A DNA stretch of 64,000 bases from Ramazzottius varieornatus (Eukaryota > Animalia > Tardigrada), in assembly GCA_001949185.1 (NCBI GenBank), contig BDGG01000004.1, forward strand, positions 4,559,777-4,623,776, read 5' to 3'. Within the stretch, counting starts at the first letter, position 1. The number at the start of each line of letters is the position of its first letter. The position numbers and the translations under genes are program-made. Positions 27,314-40,400 of the stretch are shown one piece after another. The notes under the pieces were generated by a model. The model did not search any database. It was not told the DNA's origin and was given only the letters and a program-made list of their open reading frames with translations.

Positions 27314-30300
27314 ATGATGGATATTCTGTCGGGAACCCTGCTGTTGACCGCAACATTTCTTAATTTTTTGTGTGTAAGTCACTGTCGATTATTGTCAAAT
27401 TCTTCTGAATCTGACCACCGTTATCCGCAACATTTTAGGTTGCCGGACAAAACTCGAACAACGGCGGAATGTCAGCCTTTCAGGCTTTGGATGACCTACG
27501 TCAGATTCCGCAGGGCGATATTGGCGCTATAGCGCGAGCCATGGCTAGGGCGGTCCCTGGTAGAACTTACCCTATTTTATCTTCCATACCAAGTACCGCT
27601 TTTACCTGTACCTCAGTACCTCAAGTGGGATACTATGCAGGTAAGTCCCACCGCCCGTAATTTGACCCGGGAGCTCGTCCTGCAAACTCGACCAGATTGC
27701 TTTCCCTAGTGGCGCACATTATCAGCATAATTAGCTGGAAGCGTGCGCCACTTGGGAAATGATTTTGGCTGAATCGCACATGTGAACTGTTTGTATTCCT
27801 GTGTTTCAGATACCGAGACTGGCTGCCAGGTTTTCCGCATGTGTCTTGCTGACGGCACCATGGAGTCTTTCATTTGTAGCAACCAGACACTCTTCAACCA
27901 AAGTAAGGCTCGAGAACTCCGTGTTGTACGGATCGTCCTTCCTAAGAGTCGTGTCCTCAGCATCTATTTTGTTTGCAGTTACTCTCGTTTGCGACTGGTG
28001 GTAAGTAACGCTGTTTGCCCGGTCTCGGTCTGATAGGTCAAGACTGCTTTGCAACTTAAAGTGTGATTTTCTTATCATCCACAGGTACAACGTCAATTGC
28101 TCCAAGTGAGAAACAGCGCATAATTATAATATCGCGAACGAGACCTTCATACGTGTCTGAGGGGCGCTTAACACAACAGTCCGCCCGCAGAAATTCCCGT
28201 GGTAAATTTTCTTGTCCCTAGGTCTCCGACATACTACAGCTTTTCAAACCCGCGAATCTATCAGCAAAACATGCGCTTCTTGGATGACGGTAACAGTATC
28301 GACATCGGTGCTAGCAGCGGTGGATATCGTCCAACGGGAAGATCAGTTGGTGGTTCCGGTATCGTTCCGGCCAGTCTGGTTGTTACTGCCGGACCACCTG
28401 CCACCACGGCTCGTGTTGTACGGCCTCAAGGTCGATCCCTGCAAACTTCGTTGACAAGCCGTAGGGTTACCGAACCCCATGACGCAAACTTCTACGGGCA
28501 GATGACCACCGAAAGGGTAGAAAGAAACGGATGGCCTGGCTTTGATGGCACTACCGACCAGTATGACGAATTTACGGTAAAAAATACCGATAAATCTATA
28601 GCTTTTAGCAGCGTTCTGTTAATAGCTGTTCAAGCTCGCTGTCTCTCAGTCAATTTCGAGCCAACTGGAGCATACTGTGATATTGTCCTTTAGGAGACAA
28701 CTGATGCAATGAACCAAGAAGCCAGTGAACACCGTCCTCCTTCATCTTACTCTTCAGGTGAGGCTGCGCGTCGTGAAGAAGGAAGTCTCCGTATTCGAGT
28801 AACGGCTGGACCATCCAGAGGAGCAACCACCGTACGTCCGTTGGTCCCAGAAATCCACGAGCATGCAGTGCCAGGGGAGGGAGGTCACGTACAGGTGGCG
28901 CCACCCGGGAACCCCGACCATGTGACGTCCGGCTCGGAGACTTCCGAGCATGTCGTCGCACATGAGACCGCTCATGTCGAGTTGTCCAATGGTGTTCGTC
29001 TTAACATATCAGTCGATCAGACCCATCCAGGCCCTGCGGAAAACTCCGAAGGCCACGCAGAGACAACAGAGGAACATGCGGCTGGGGCAAAGGAAACTCA
29101 CTCTGAATCCGGGAATGGAGATGCTGCTCAGAGCGAACCGATGGAAGAGGGCCATGTACAGGGAACGAATGGTGTCTCGGCCGAAAGCAGCCATCGGAGT
29201 TCTGGCGTAGCAGACCATCCAGTAGACGATACTGCAAACTCTGGGCATGAAGAAGCCAACCATGGGACACGCACGGCCAACGCATCTGCTTCCAATGGCC
29301 ACTCTTCGATTGCAGGCGGCCACGAGGCGTCAGGCCAGAATGAACACGGGAGTCCGGTTGCTGAGATCAGTCGTTCCGTGTCTGGTCAACAAAGCCATTC
29401 AGCACATGCACCTGTGGAATCGGCGAGCCACACAAACGACCCAAGCCATGCAGCTTCCGTCGAGAGTGGTCATTCAGCTGTTGGAGGGCCTGAAGCCTCT
29501 AGTCCGGAGGGACACGCCGAAGAAGCAGACCATCTTGCGCCTTCTCAAACGGGCCACGAAGTTTCTGGACAAGCCAGCGCTCGTGTGCCGGAAGGTCATT
29601 CGAATGAAGCGGGTCATGAGATGTCCGAACACAACGAAGCGAATCATGAGGTATCGGCTTCCGAAAGCCCCAAAGTTGACGTCTCAACACCTGCAGTTTT
29701 TCCTGGAAATCAGCAGATCGCAATAGCCCGCGAGTCCTCTCGTTCTCCCTCTACGGACCGAAACCGCGCGGAAGCCGCTGCCCGTGCTTTGCCGGGCGCA
29801 CCACCTGCGGCATCGCACCAATCCGGTCACGTCGCTGGAAGTTCCTCGCATGATTCAGGCCGAAACCTGCAGGTGTATCGGCCTGCGGTAGAACTAAATC
29901 CGGTCTTCCGGGATCGAACGGGGGTTGCAAGGCCTAACGCGAGTATTCCACTTCCCGGAATGATATTTTCGGCAAATCAAGACCCCTCGTCCAGTAATCG
30001 GATTTCGATTGTACCAACCACACCATTTGGTAAATTTTCGACCAAGAAAGCCGATATAACCACAACGCCGGCAACCACCGCACGACTTACAGCTAAAAGA
30101 AAAATATTCATAAGGACTGGAACCCCGACATCTGGAACACCACTGGTGAATGCGAACAGCATCGCCATCAAGAAAGAAAAGCTTCTCCCGACCAGGGAAC
30201 AGGACAATTTTCCAGCGAGCTCAATGAGCGGCAAGTTCGACGGAAGAAAGAACGATTCAATGTTGTCTCAGTCTAATTCACACTCCTTCCCACGAAGAGA

Positions 30301-30322
30301 CAAATTTGCTGGCTTCCATTAG
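27314..30322 (+). CDS. Secreted chitin-binding type-2 (CBM14/peritrophin-A) protein with long low-complexity His/Glu/Ser/Ala-rich tail, about 793 aa
   Basis: Exons 27314-27373 (signal peptide), 27439-27640, 27810-27902, 27979-28000, 28085-28105, 28222-28576 and 28694-30322 join in frame; motif PGRTYPILSSIPSTAFTC..GYYADTETGCQVFRMC..SFICSNQTLFNQITLVCDWWYNVNC. Confidence 0.85.
27669..27778. repeat. Palindromic family copy (chitin-binding gene intron)
   Basis: TTTCCCTAGTGGCGCAC-N25-GTGCGCCACTTGGGAAA. Confidence 0.88.
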
Positions 30323-30474
30323 GATAATTCCATCATCATCCATCTGGTGAAATTGGAAGAAACAGCTCTTTGGCAATTTCGACCTCATCTCTCTGTTTTA
30401 TTGCTATTATTGGATAAATCTTACTAGATTTAACCGTAGTGAAAATAAGAGCATCAGGTGGATGTTGTAGGGTG

Positions 30475-31023
30475 CTAAAAATGCTGGGTATAGACGCTAC
30501 CGGTGTCATGTGTATGCAAGCCGGTTTTCTGCTTCGTATCGCGGTTGAATTCTTTGACATCGATATCGTCTTGACCGGGAACGTTAACGGTAGGGATCTT
30601 CTGGGGAGCGAAAGCGTGAGGACCGAGCGCTGCCTTTCCGTGGTTCCCGGTCTTGTTTGAATTTCGGCCGAGGTTCCTTACATGTTGAGTTCCATTCATG
30701 ACAGGTCTTGAGGCTCCAACTGCTGAAGAACATGAAAAAATGCATACCGGTCAGATTTGAATGCGCTTTTGACCGCCGTACAGTAACCCTTCTCACAAGT
30801 CAACTTCGTCACGCAAGCCAGCTCCTCGATACCGCTGGCACGTTTGTCTGCGTAGTAGTTTCTAGCGTGACGTGGTAACTTCTGAGAAGGGTTCTTGTGC
30901 ACAGCAAAAGTACAGAGTCTTACCTGGGTTCGGAGCAGCTCCTTGCAGAGCATGAGGACCTAGCTGCATTACCAGGGCAAGTATAATGCAAGGCAACCAA
31001 CACAGTGCCGATAAGTTGCCCAT
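30475..31023 (-). CDS. Small secreted orphan protein, 114 aa, 2 exons
   Basis: Exon 31023-30924 MGNLSALCWLPCIILALVMQLGPHALQGAAPNP (signal-peptide-like, GTAAGA donor) joins in frame to exon 30719-30475. Confidence 0.6.
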
Positions 31024-31464
31024 CTTGTGAGAGAAGAGGATGGCAACGAGGTACGAACCAAGAGGATGGCAGAACTACTGGATAAGTCGCGAAGATAGAG
31101 AGAAATCTGAAGCGACCAAAGAACTCGACAAAGTAGGCTACGCTACCTGTTCACAAGTAACTTTAGTACGCGAAACCTCGCGGGATTACCTGTACAATGA
31201 TATTGTTTACCAGTTTCTCAGCGGGGTTCTGTATAATCGTTCAAGAAAATATCCGCATTGCCAAAGACAGTCAGAAGTCGAGCAGACAAGTACGATAACA
31301 AACCGGTAGGTGATGGCATGATGCAGTCAGCTGTCATTGTCAGACGTGCGCTGCAGCTAATTAGTTATGCACAATATAAAACTAAAATCTCTTTGGCATT
31401 CAAGTCGAGCTGGTCGAGGTGAGAACACCTCGACATGTCTGATTCGGTCAACTAGCACTCATAA

Positions 31465-34400
31465 TTAGATGACAGCCAGGAAAATTGTGGTGGTTCCAGT
31501 TCTTGGCGGGTTCCCTCCATCGACCGCTATCACAGTTATCTGTAACACCAATAATTGAAAAGTTATTGTCTTTAGCGATAATCGTGGTTAATGTTTTTGA
31601 ATGATAAGCGTCTATACTTTGGAGTTTCGATATTACCCGACCGGACATGGCGTCCTTCCTGGACAATATATACGTCTATTGCATACATGTACTGTTGCTG
31701 GTCAGCTCAATGTACTTCCTTGTTCGCTAACTCCGTCCAGTAATTCGCCATGTCCGGCTGATAGCTCCACCTGCTTTCCATCAGAGACTGTCCCGCATGC
31801 AAAATGTTCATGAAGTCTTCTCGATGGAACATTCTCAATACACACTTTCATTCGCGCTCTTTGCGTCTCTGGAATTTCTGAACCGCCATCCCACCCCTCA
31901 TGCTCTTCGGCTTTTTATTTGTCGATAAAAGAGGCACCTCGAGTCTAGCTGGATCGACGTTACCTATCGATGCGATCAGACGACCTCAACATGCCCACAT
32001 AAAAACCATCCCCGTTCGCTCATTATGAATAGTTTCACTAAGTGCAAGCTACGACTGTGTGCCGTATTGCACAAGTAGACTTGTCACTAGAGTAGACAAC
32101 TTCTTACCGTAATGGTTTGGCCTCGGAAGGCAGTTAGGGGTTGGGAGAGAACAAGCTCTCCAGCCGAGTCGATACGGAAATACTGCTGCACCATGGCCAC
32201 ATTCCCGCCCAGCTCGTATCCTCGTATGTGGTTATTGGGATACTGAAAACAAACAGTGTTATGACAATTAGGGCGGATTTCAGCTGCTTACAATCTGGTT
32301 TACCGTTTGGTCTCTATCCGTCGCTCGGACAGACAGTAGGCCTGAATCCAGGAGCACTGTCGAAGGTATGGTTCGCCGATACTCGAGTGATTCGAAGCGC
32401 GGGTTTTCGTCATTGACATCCTACAAAGACCAAGGCTCTGATCAATGGACAAAGAGTAGAGCGTTTTGGGGTGAGACCTACCAGTACGTTGATGAAGACT
32501 ACCGCGTAGGCATCGGGTGTGGTCTGATCGTTTTGCAGTGTGCCGATAACTAAACTGTAGTCTTCGCTAGCAACAGCATCGGCATCAAGAACTGCACGCG
32601 ACCGAACAATTCCAGTTTTCGCTTCGACCGAAAAAAGGTTGCTGTTACCGGAGCGCAGGACGTAGCTGACATCTGTCCTATTGTCGGGATAGAGTGCCTG
32701 GAAGAAAAAATGTGATATGAGTGCCGGGACGCAAGATCGGTAGACACACACGACATTTTTCTCCCAGGTGGCGCGCGTTCTCAGTGTTATTGGCCGAGAA
32801 TGTGCGCCAAGTGAAAAACGAGCTCCTCGAGTCTGTATGCCAAGCGTCCAGATGATTCCCGAGAAAACTTCCTCGTCAAATCTAGGCAACTCGGTCTTCG
32901 TGCAATTACCTTGACTCGTGTGATTTCCGTGTTGAGCGGGCTATTCTCTGGAATGCCGGCGCAGTAGTACTGCTGTTGGAAGGTGGGTATAGAAGCCGGC
33001 GGACATGCAACGTTGATGGTCAGCGTCACAGTTGAGCTCAGGGTCGGGGTGCCATGGTCCGAGATTCGGACCGCTACGAAGCGTGCCGGTGGGTCTCTCG
33101 ACAATCCCATCGTTGTTCGAACCTCTCCAGTACTGGATACTTGGAAACCACTAGAAGAGGCAACTGTCGTGCATCGAGGAAAAAAGAGGAACCAATAAAT
33201 TATTACCTGTTGTTCTCCAGGAAAAAGCTTACTTCCCCGTTACGACCCAAATCCCGGTCGACGACCTACCGTACGAAATATTGTACACAAGGAGCTTTGT
33301 GATTGAAAATCATGGAAACTTACGGATAACTGGACTATGAAAGCGTTGGGCGTACTACAGTTAACATTGGCCACCACCGGCTGCATATTGACCACTTCCG
33401 GTGCGTGATCGTTCACGTCATCAATCCGTACAAAGACAGCAGCTGAGCAGACCTGTAAACCACGCCAAGCCCGTTAAAGTTGCGAGACTGAAACAATTTA
33501 CGACGTCGGCAAATGATTTGAGCAGAATATTTCTAGATCATTTCGCAGAAAGTCAGAATAGCGCAGGGGGTTTGGCGTCGACCACTCAGCGGTTACAGAC
33601 TGTTTGTGCCAAACGACCGCGCCCAGCGGATGAGTTGAACAGTGGAACAAAAGGCAGCCGAGGCCGTTATCTGATCCAGGTGCCAGGTTTCCGGCTTGAC
33701 TTCTCCCCTGCAGAATTCTTTCTTGTCGAAATCTAGTGTTTTAAATTTCTATATACTGTATTACCTGCTAAATATATCTCGTTTTGAAGATCAGTTGTCC
33801 GCGACAAAAACTTCTCCATTTTGATGCAATAAAAAAAGGAAAAAACATATTCTGCCAAAATCATTTGCCGACGTCGCACTTACTGAGCGGAAAACAAAAA
33901 CCTACTGAGGCTGAACGATCGGTGGCACTGATGGTCAAGTTGTAAAAGTCGCGCGTTTCCCGATCGATCTCTCCGGCAAGCTTGAGTTCCCCACTGAAAC
34001 ACAAAGCAGCAAACATTGACGTCTAGTGTCCTTAAAATTGTGTCGGCCTCTTTAAACTTTTGTTTTTTACGCACGTGGAAGAATCCAGTAAGAATGCGCC
34101 GTCGGAATTGCCGCTACTGATACGGTACGCTACTTGCCCCAACGGCTGGGATGCTATAGTCGGTACGGTGGCTGTTTCGAAGATGCCAATGAGCGTTCCC
34201 ACTGGCATATGTTCTTCCAGTTCGATCTCCAGTACCGCCCGCTGATCCGTCAAACCTGGTGCCCGAAGACCCAGGCAATGCAAGGTGGGACTTTGGGGGA
34301 CAAGCAGCGCCTTCCGCTCTGATGAGCCATCATCATTAGCCAGCGGCTGAACGGACGGCAGCGGGTTAGCGGCGTCCATCACATTGACCCTGATCGATGT

Positions 34401-37400
34401 CTCGCAACTCTGTAATTATACAACCTTAACATTGAGGTGCCTGATAATAGTCGTACAAACACAACATGTTGCCTCGATAATTTTGAAAGAGGGATAACGA
34501 ATGGGGACTACTGACGGTGTAACCTAAGTTCAACCATTCACAAATGTTAAAAATCCCAGAGATGGTCTGGACCAAAAAAAAGGTTTTTATGCGCACCTGT
34601 CCGTAGATGTTGACAACGTTAATGTCCACGATGTATGTAGATTGACGTTGACGCTCCAGTGGAGAGATAAGAGCAATACGAGCAGAACTGGAAAGAAAGC
34701 AGGGTGTAATATGGCGCAGGAGCAACGCTGAAACATATTCTCCCATAACAGTTAGCACACAGCAGGATCTGTTAGTATTATCCGTGCACTCGCTGACTCA
34801 AAGAGGTGGAGACCAAACACAAAATGCTTTCTCTGCCTTAATCGTACTTGGCGTTGATGTTGTCTATCTGGAATGGCTGCGAGTCGGCACTCGGTCGTAG
34901 CGAGAACTTAAGACTGGAATCCGGGTTGGGGTTCCTGGCCACCACCGTTGCCACTAAGAGCCCACTGCGATGCTCCGGTACATTGGCCACAGACGACTGG
35001 GGACATGTGGGAGGGAGATAGAGCGCCGTGCTGGTCGGGAGACACCGAACCACTATCTGCACTTTCACCGTGGCACTACGTGGAGGAACTTGGCTATTAT
35101 CAGCTGCTAGCACTGTCAGCTGGTACGAGGCTGGACTGCCGGACACAGGTCGCCGTGCTCGCAGTTCTCCGCTGGTGGCATCGATGAGGAAGACTTCTCG
35201 AGCACCGTCCGTGGCGTCAGCTATGGTGTAGAGCATCGAGCCTGGTTGGGATGTCTCGCCATCGCCGTCCTGGGTGGATACCACCCCGATCAGGCCCATA
35301 TGTCCACAGTTGATGCTGAAGGAGTAACCTGGCTGCAGGAATTGAGGCGGCTACGATCCAGTAAACACAATTAGTGCCGCAAGTCTACTCAGTACAAGAC
35401 ATTATAATTTTTTCCTCCAGCTGGATAACAGCAAGTGGGGCCTGGGCAGAAACAAACTCGGGAAGATCGTTTTTCCAAGTGGCGCGCACTTCTGGCCAAC
35501 AACACTAAGAATGTGCGCCGCGTGAAAAAAACCAAACTAAAAGTCGTTTGCCGAGCCCTCCAATCATAAATGATTTTATAAGCTTTCTATTTAGGTAATC
35601 ATGAACATTCTCTACGTACACTGTAGGTGACGACGACCCCAGGGCAGTTGGGACGGATAGTCACTTGGACGGTAACCTGAGCGCTTCGGCGAGGGGATGC
35701 CAAGTCGTTCGCCAGCACCACGATCTCCCGAGTAGGGAGCTGGGCTGATAGAGGGCGTAGTATTCTAATCTGTCCGGTCACCTTGTCGATTATAAAATCT
35801 CTGTAGTGAGAAAATACTTTTTTAGTTCCCGGACGAGGAACGAGTACTTACAGTACATGAGTCACAAGATTATTACGTTGTTCCGGAAAGCGAATATTCC
35901 ACATGAGAGGTCTGCACGTTGCCGGTGGCCGATACTTGGCCAACCACAGTGCCACCTGGCGCCGCACAGTCCACTGCGAAGCTTCTCGGACCGACGAAGG
36001 CAAGGGGTTGCTCGTCAGTGCTGCCGCCCAGAACGGTGATAGTCAGCATTGTGGTGCAAGATAGACCTTCCTTGTTGAACGCTTGAATGCTCAGGCTGAA
36101 CGGGCTGACCATAGTTTCGCGCTCGACAACATTCCGTGTTAAAACTTGACCACTGCGAAATGTATACCAATTAGCGTTATGTCCCGTGTCCATCGACACT
36201 GTACATATAGTACCGCTTCCAGGCTCCAGCTAACTCAACATACCTGGGTGTGACGGAAAATCTGCTGGCATACGGTCCGCCAAGCTGATAGCGTAACGGA
36301 CGGTTCGCTGGATCGAGAGCGGCCACTTGTGTGACTAGCGTGTTTGGAGGACTCTTTTCTCGGACGCGAAGACTGGTAGGAAGGGGACAAATTGGTGCCA
36401 GGTTCGTCTGAGCTTCCGAGCAGTTTGTCGTAATTCTTACATCGACTAAAACAATTCAACCCCCAAAATGATACACTTCTTAGCCAGTAGGTCAGTAACA
36501 CAGCTTACCGGAAGCGGTTTTTTGCGGCGAGCCGGCATCTGAAGCAAAGACCACCACCTCATAAACATCTCCCTGGTTGTTATCGAGCGGCAACCGCGTC
36601 CGGATTTCCCCCGTTTCTGGGTCAATGACCACGGGACTACCAAAGGCAACAGGGTTAACAACCGGATACAAAAAGATGGTGAAGGTTCGGAAGCCAAGGC
36701 CCGTTGGACTGACCTGCTGGGAGCCACACTGTACACAAGCTTGGCGTTCATGCCGATATCGTCATCCACCGCCGACACTGTTCCGACATAAGTCAAGGCT
36801 TCTCTGCATTTCGCTCGAAACTCATATACAGTCTTTTCAAAGACGGGCGCTGTGAGAATAAAGGCTTTAGACTGGACGGAGTTCAACACATTTTGAAGTG
36901 TCGAAATAACCTGAAGGCCGGCAACGCAACGTGCAACACTGTCATCTTAAGTTGCGCGCGCTTCCAAACTAGGAACAATGGAAAAGTGCGCCACTCGAAA
37001 TAACGATCCTGTACGTTCGTTTGCCTTCCAAATATATCGTACTGTGTTTTATCGGTTACCGTTGTCGTTGTTGTCAATGATTGCGACGTCAACAACCACC
37101 TGACACGTTGCTTCAGAGGTGTCTTTTGCCACCACAGTCAAACGATACGACCTGGTTCTTTCTCTGTCCAGTGGACGATTGGTGACGATCACACCGCTCA
37201 AGTGGTCGATAGTAAAGGCTTCTTCCCTATTGCCATCGACTATGTCAAACGACAGAGCATCTTGTCCGTCTGGATCGGTTGCCGAGACCTGTTGGACCTT
37301 CGTGCCAATAGGGTCTACCTCGTTGATGGCCGACGTGAGGACCGGTGGGGAGCAGACGGGAGCTCGCTGACATGGCTGGAGCGTCACGGAGATACCTGCC

Positions 37401-40400
37401 GTGGTGGTGGCACCTGACATCGGGTTTCGTGCCGATACCACAGCGGACTGCCTACGGAGTGGTAGCGGCATCGCATTCTCTCGCAGGCAAACTTCGCCGC
37501 TGTCCGGTGTTACCGTGAAAATACTGGAGTGAAAGAAGAGCGGTCAACATTCAGGAAGCTCGCCGTCAGACTTTAATCGTTTTCCCATGTGGCGCACGCT
37601 ACCAGCAAATAGCATCGAGAAGGTGCGCCACATCAGCATACGATCCAGTGGAGTTTATACGCAATAAACTTTTCCTTATAACAGTCTAATACCGATCGGT
37701 TGACGACATGGAGTACTGTACTGGACCGCCGCCATTTCCTTCAACAGCGTTGACCCTGCCGAGGCACCTTATCGGAGTTCCGCAAGGAACATTAAACTCG
37801 TACGTGGGTTGCGCGAACTGCGGAGCACTTGATGGGGGAACGGTCACTTGGACGGTCATTTGGCAAAAGGCATTGGCCGCTGAGCTGGCTCGTACCGCAA
37901 ACTGGAATGCCGTTTGACCACTGGGCAAAGGACTCAAAGATCTGGCTGTTTGTATTTCCCCGCTACATAAAGTTACCTTGAGCTCCTGCATCTACAGGCG
38001 TCATTCACACGAAACATGATAGAGAAGGAAGTTAATCGAATACCTTGTGGGGTTGACCGTGAAAGCGGACTGGTCAGGACCGAACAGCGTATAGGTCAGC
38101 CGATCCCCGTCCAGATCCGTGGCTGTGACCGTGCCCACCCGTGTGCCCTGGGGAGCGTTGGACGGCAGCTCAAAGCGATACACCGGTTGCGAACACACGG
38201 GTGGCGAGCCGCAGCCGACACCGTCAAATGCCACTTTGACATGTGTCGTGGTCTTGTGGCCCGCTGGATCGGAAGCCGTAACGGTCAAGCCTTGCGACGG
38301 AATCACCGTCAGGACGGGCACTCGGCTCCTTATGGCTCCCAGTGAGTCAATGGTGAAAAACCTAGGATTCAAAGGCGGCAAATCAACATAGGTGATGCTT
38401 GAACTACTTGTTAAAGGTTCTTCCGACATACTCGGATGGTGTGACGGCATAAGTTAGCTGGTCTCCGTCTGGGTCGTTGGCTGGAACCACTCCGATGAAA
38501 GTATCGGCTGGTCCGCAGGTTGACGAGAACACGTACTGTTCCGAAGCGAAGACTGGACGCCGGTTAACTGGTGGCAGCTTCAGTATCAGTGTTGTGTCAC
38601 AATACTGCGAAAAAACCCGGAATAACCAAAGCGGCACCGCCGAATTTCCACACCATGAGGTCACTTACAGCTCCGTATGGGTCCATGGCTCTGACGACGT
38701 ACTGGTATTCTACCATGGAAGCCAGCGAAACTCCTCGAGTTAGACTGACAATGCCGCTACAAGTACAAGCCATATCGGTGATGGAAGTCTAATGCTAGAT
38801 TTGCCACCGAGGACGGGAGTGTACGTACTTCGAGCGGCCAACACTGATCAAGGGTACCCCACTGACTTCGTTGGACAAGACAGAAAACCGCAGAGGGTAT
38901 CCGTTGGGAGATCCCACCCGCACGATGGCAATGGTCCTGTCCGGACCATACAGCTCCAAATTGCGATCCACGGTGGCGATCAGCGGTGTCAGTGCACACT
39001 GTAACGTCAAATTTACCGGCAGTACCGTCACGTCCACTCGACCATCACAAAACACCTACAACGAAGATACAGCGTTAAGTCATGTGATATGTGACATTAC
39101 ATGGCTAAATAGACGCCCATGTGTTGACCAGAAACACTGCAAGCGTGCGCCACTTGGGAAAGTAAACTCGACAAGGTCGGTTTTCCAAGTGGCGCACGGT
39201 TCCCGCTTATAACACTGAGAACGTGATCCACTTTAGAAAACACTGTTGCCGAGTCTATTTGCCCAGCTCTCGTTCTGCTGTATGTTATTGGTTACCGTCA
39301 CGTCGTTAAGCATCGACCCTCTGAGGATCAGCTGGTAGGTTCTAGCGGGCAGACTGAACAAGTCATGCGTAACGACGATGGTGCCGGTGGACTTGTCGAT
39401 GTCGAAGTAATCTCCGGCTCCTGAAGTGGCGACGAGGCTGTAAGTATATTCTCCTGGTTCGGGACTGAGCTTCCAGTCGGTGACCACTGTGCCGACTCTG
39501 GAACTCTGCAGAAGTGAGACACTGCTGGGCGAGGGACAACTGGGCAAGGACGGCAGCCGACGGACAATGCCCACTTCTAGGACAATCTCGCAGGTCTGAT
39601 CGGAAGTCGATTGAACAATGACGGGTACCCGCATCATCTCACCACCGTGCTCGCTCACTCGCTCGTTCAAAACGACAGAACCGCTGAACGGATCAACTGC
39701 CAGCACATTCCGAACATCCTCAGGAGCCATTGGCGAGATGCGATACGTTACGCTGCCCGAAGACGAGCCGGCTGTAGGGTCCTATGAGGAGCGAAAACTT
39801 AACTTTTCTGCTAATGTCAACAAATTTCAATTGCTGCTGTTCTAAACACAATCTCGCTATGGGTTTCTTTCTTATTCTTGCATATTCTATGAGAAAGGTT
39901 TCGCGAACCGGTATGAAGGCGATGCCCGTTCCAGGCGGAGCGTTGTCGTTGATTTGGGCACGAAGTACATCTGGGCAGTCCAGCGGACATTTGGGCACGT
40001 TAACAGTGGCAGTGGTTGTGGACAGCAAGCCGTTTCCGTCGTGTGCCCTGATTTGCAAGACGTAACGACCCTCGGGGACATTCTCTGCCACTCGAAGTTC
40101 ACCCGAAACTCCGTCCATCATAAAGTTTCTAGAGAACGAAAAAAGGGGTAACATCTACATCGGCCATGGTGGTGACTGCGCACGTACCGTTGTTCATTTC
40201 CTCCACTTATGGCGTAAGTAACCTTTGCTGGTTGGAAGCCTCCCGTGAGCCATACGGCCTGCCAGGAAACCGGAGATAGATTTCATTCAAATGATATGGC
40301 AGACGGATGACATGCTAATTCTTACCGTTACTCGACCCACAACCCCTCCCAGTCGACCACAAACTGCCGTGAAGACGTAGGGGCTGCCCACAAACTCTGG

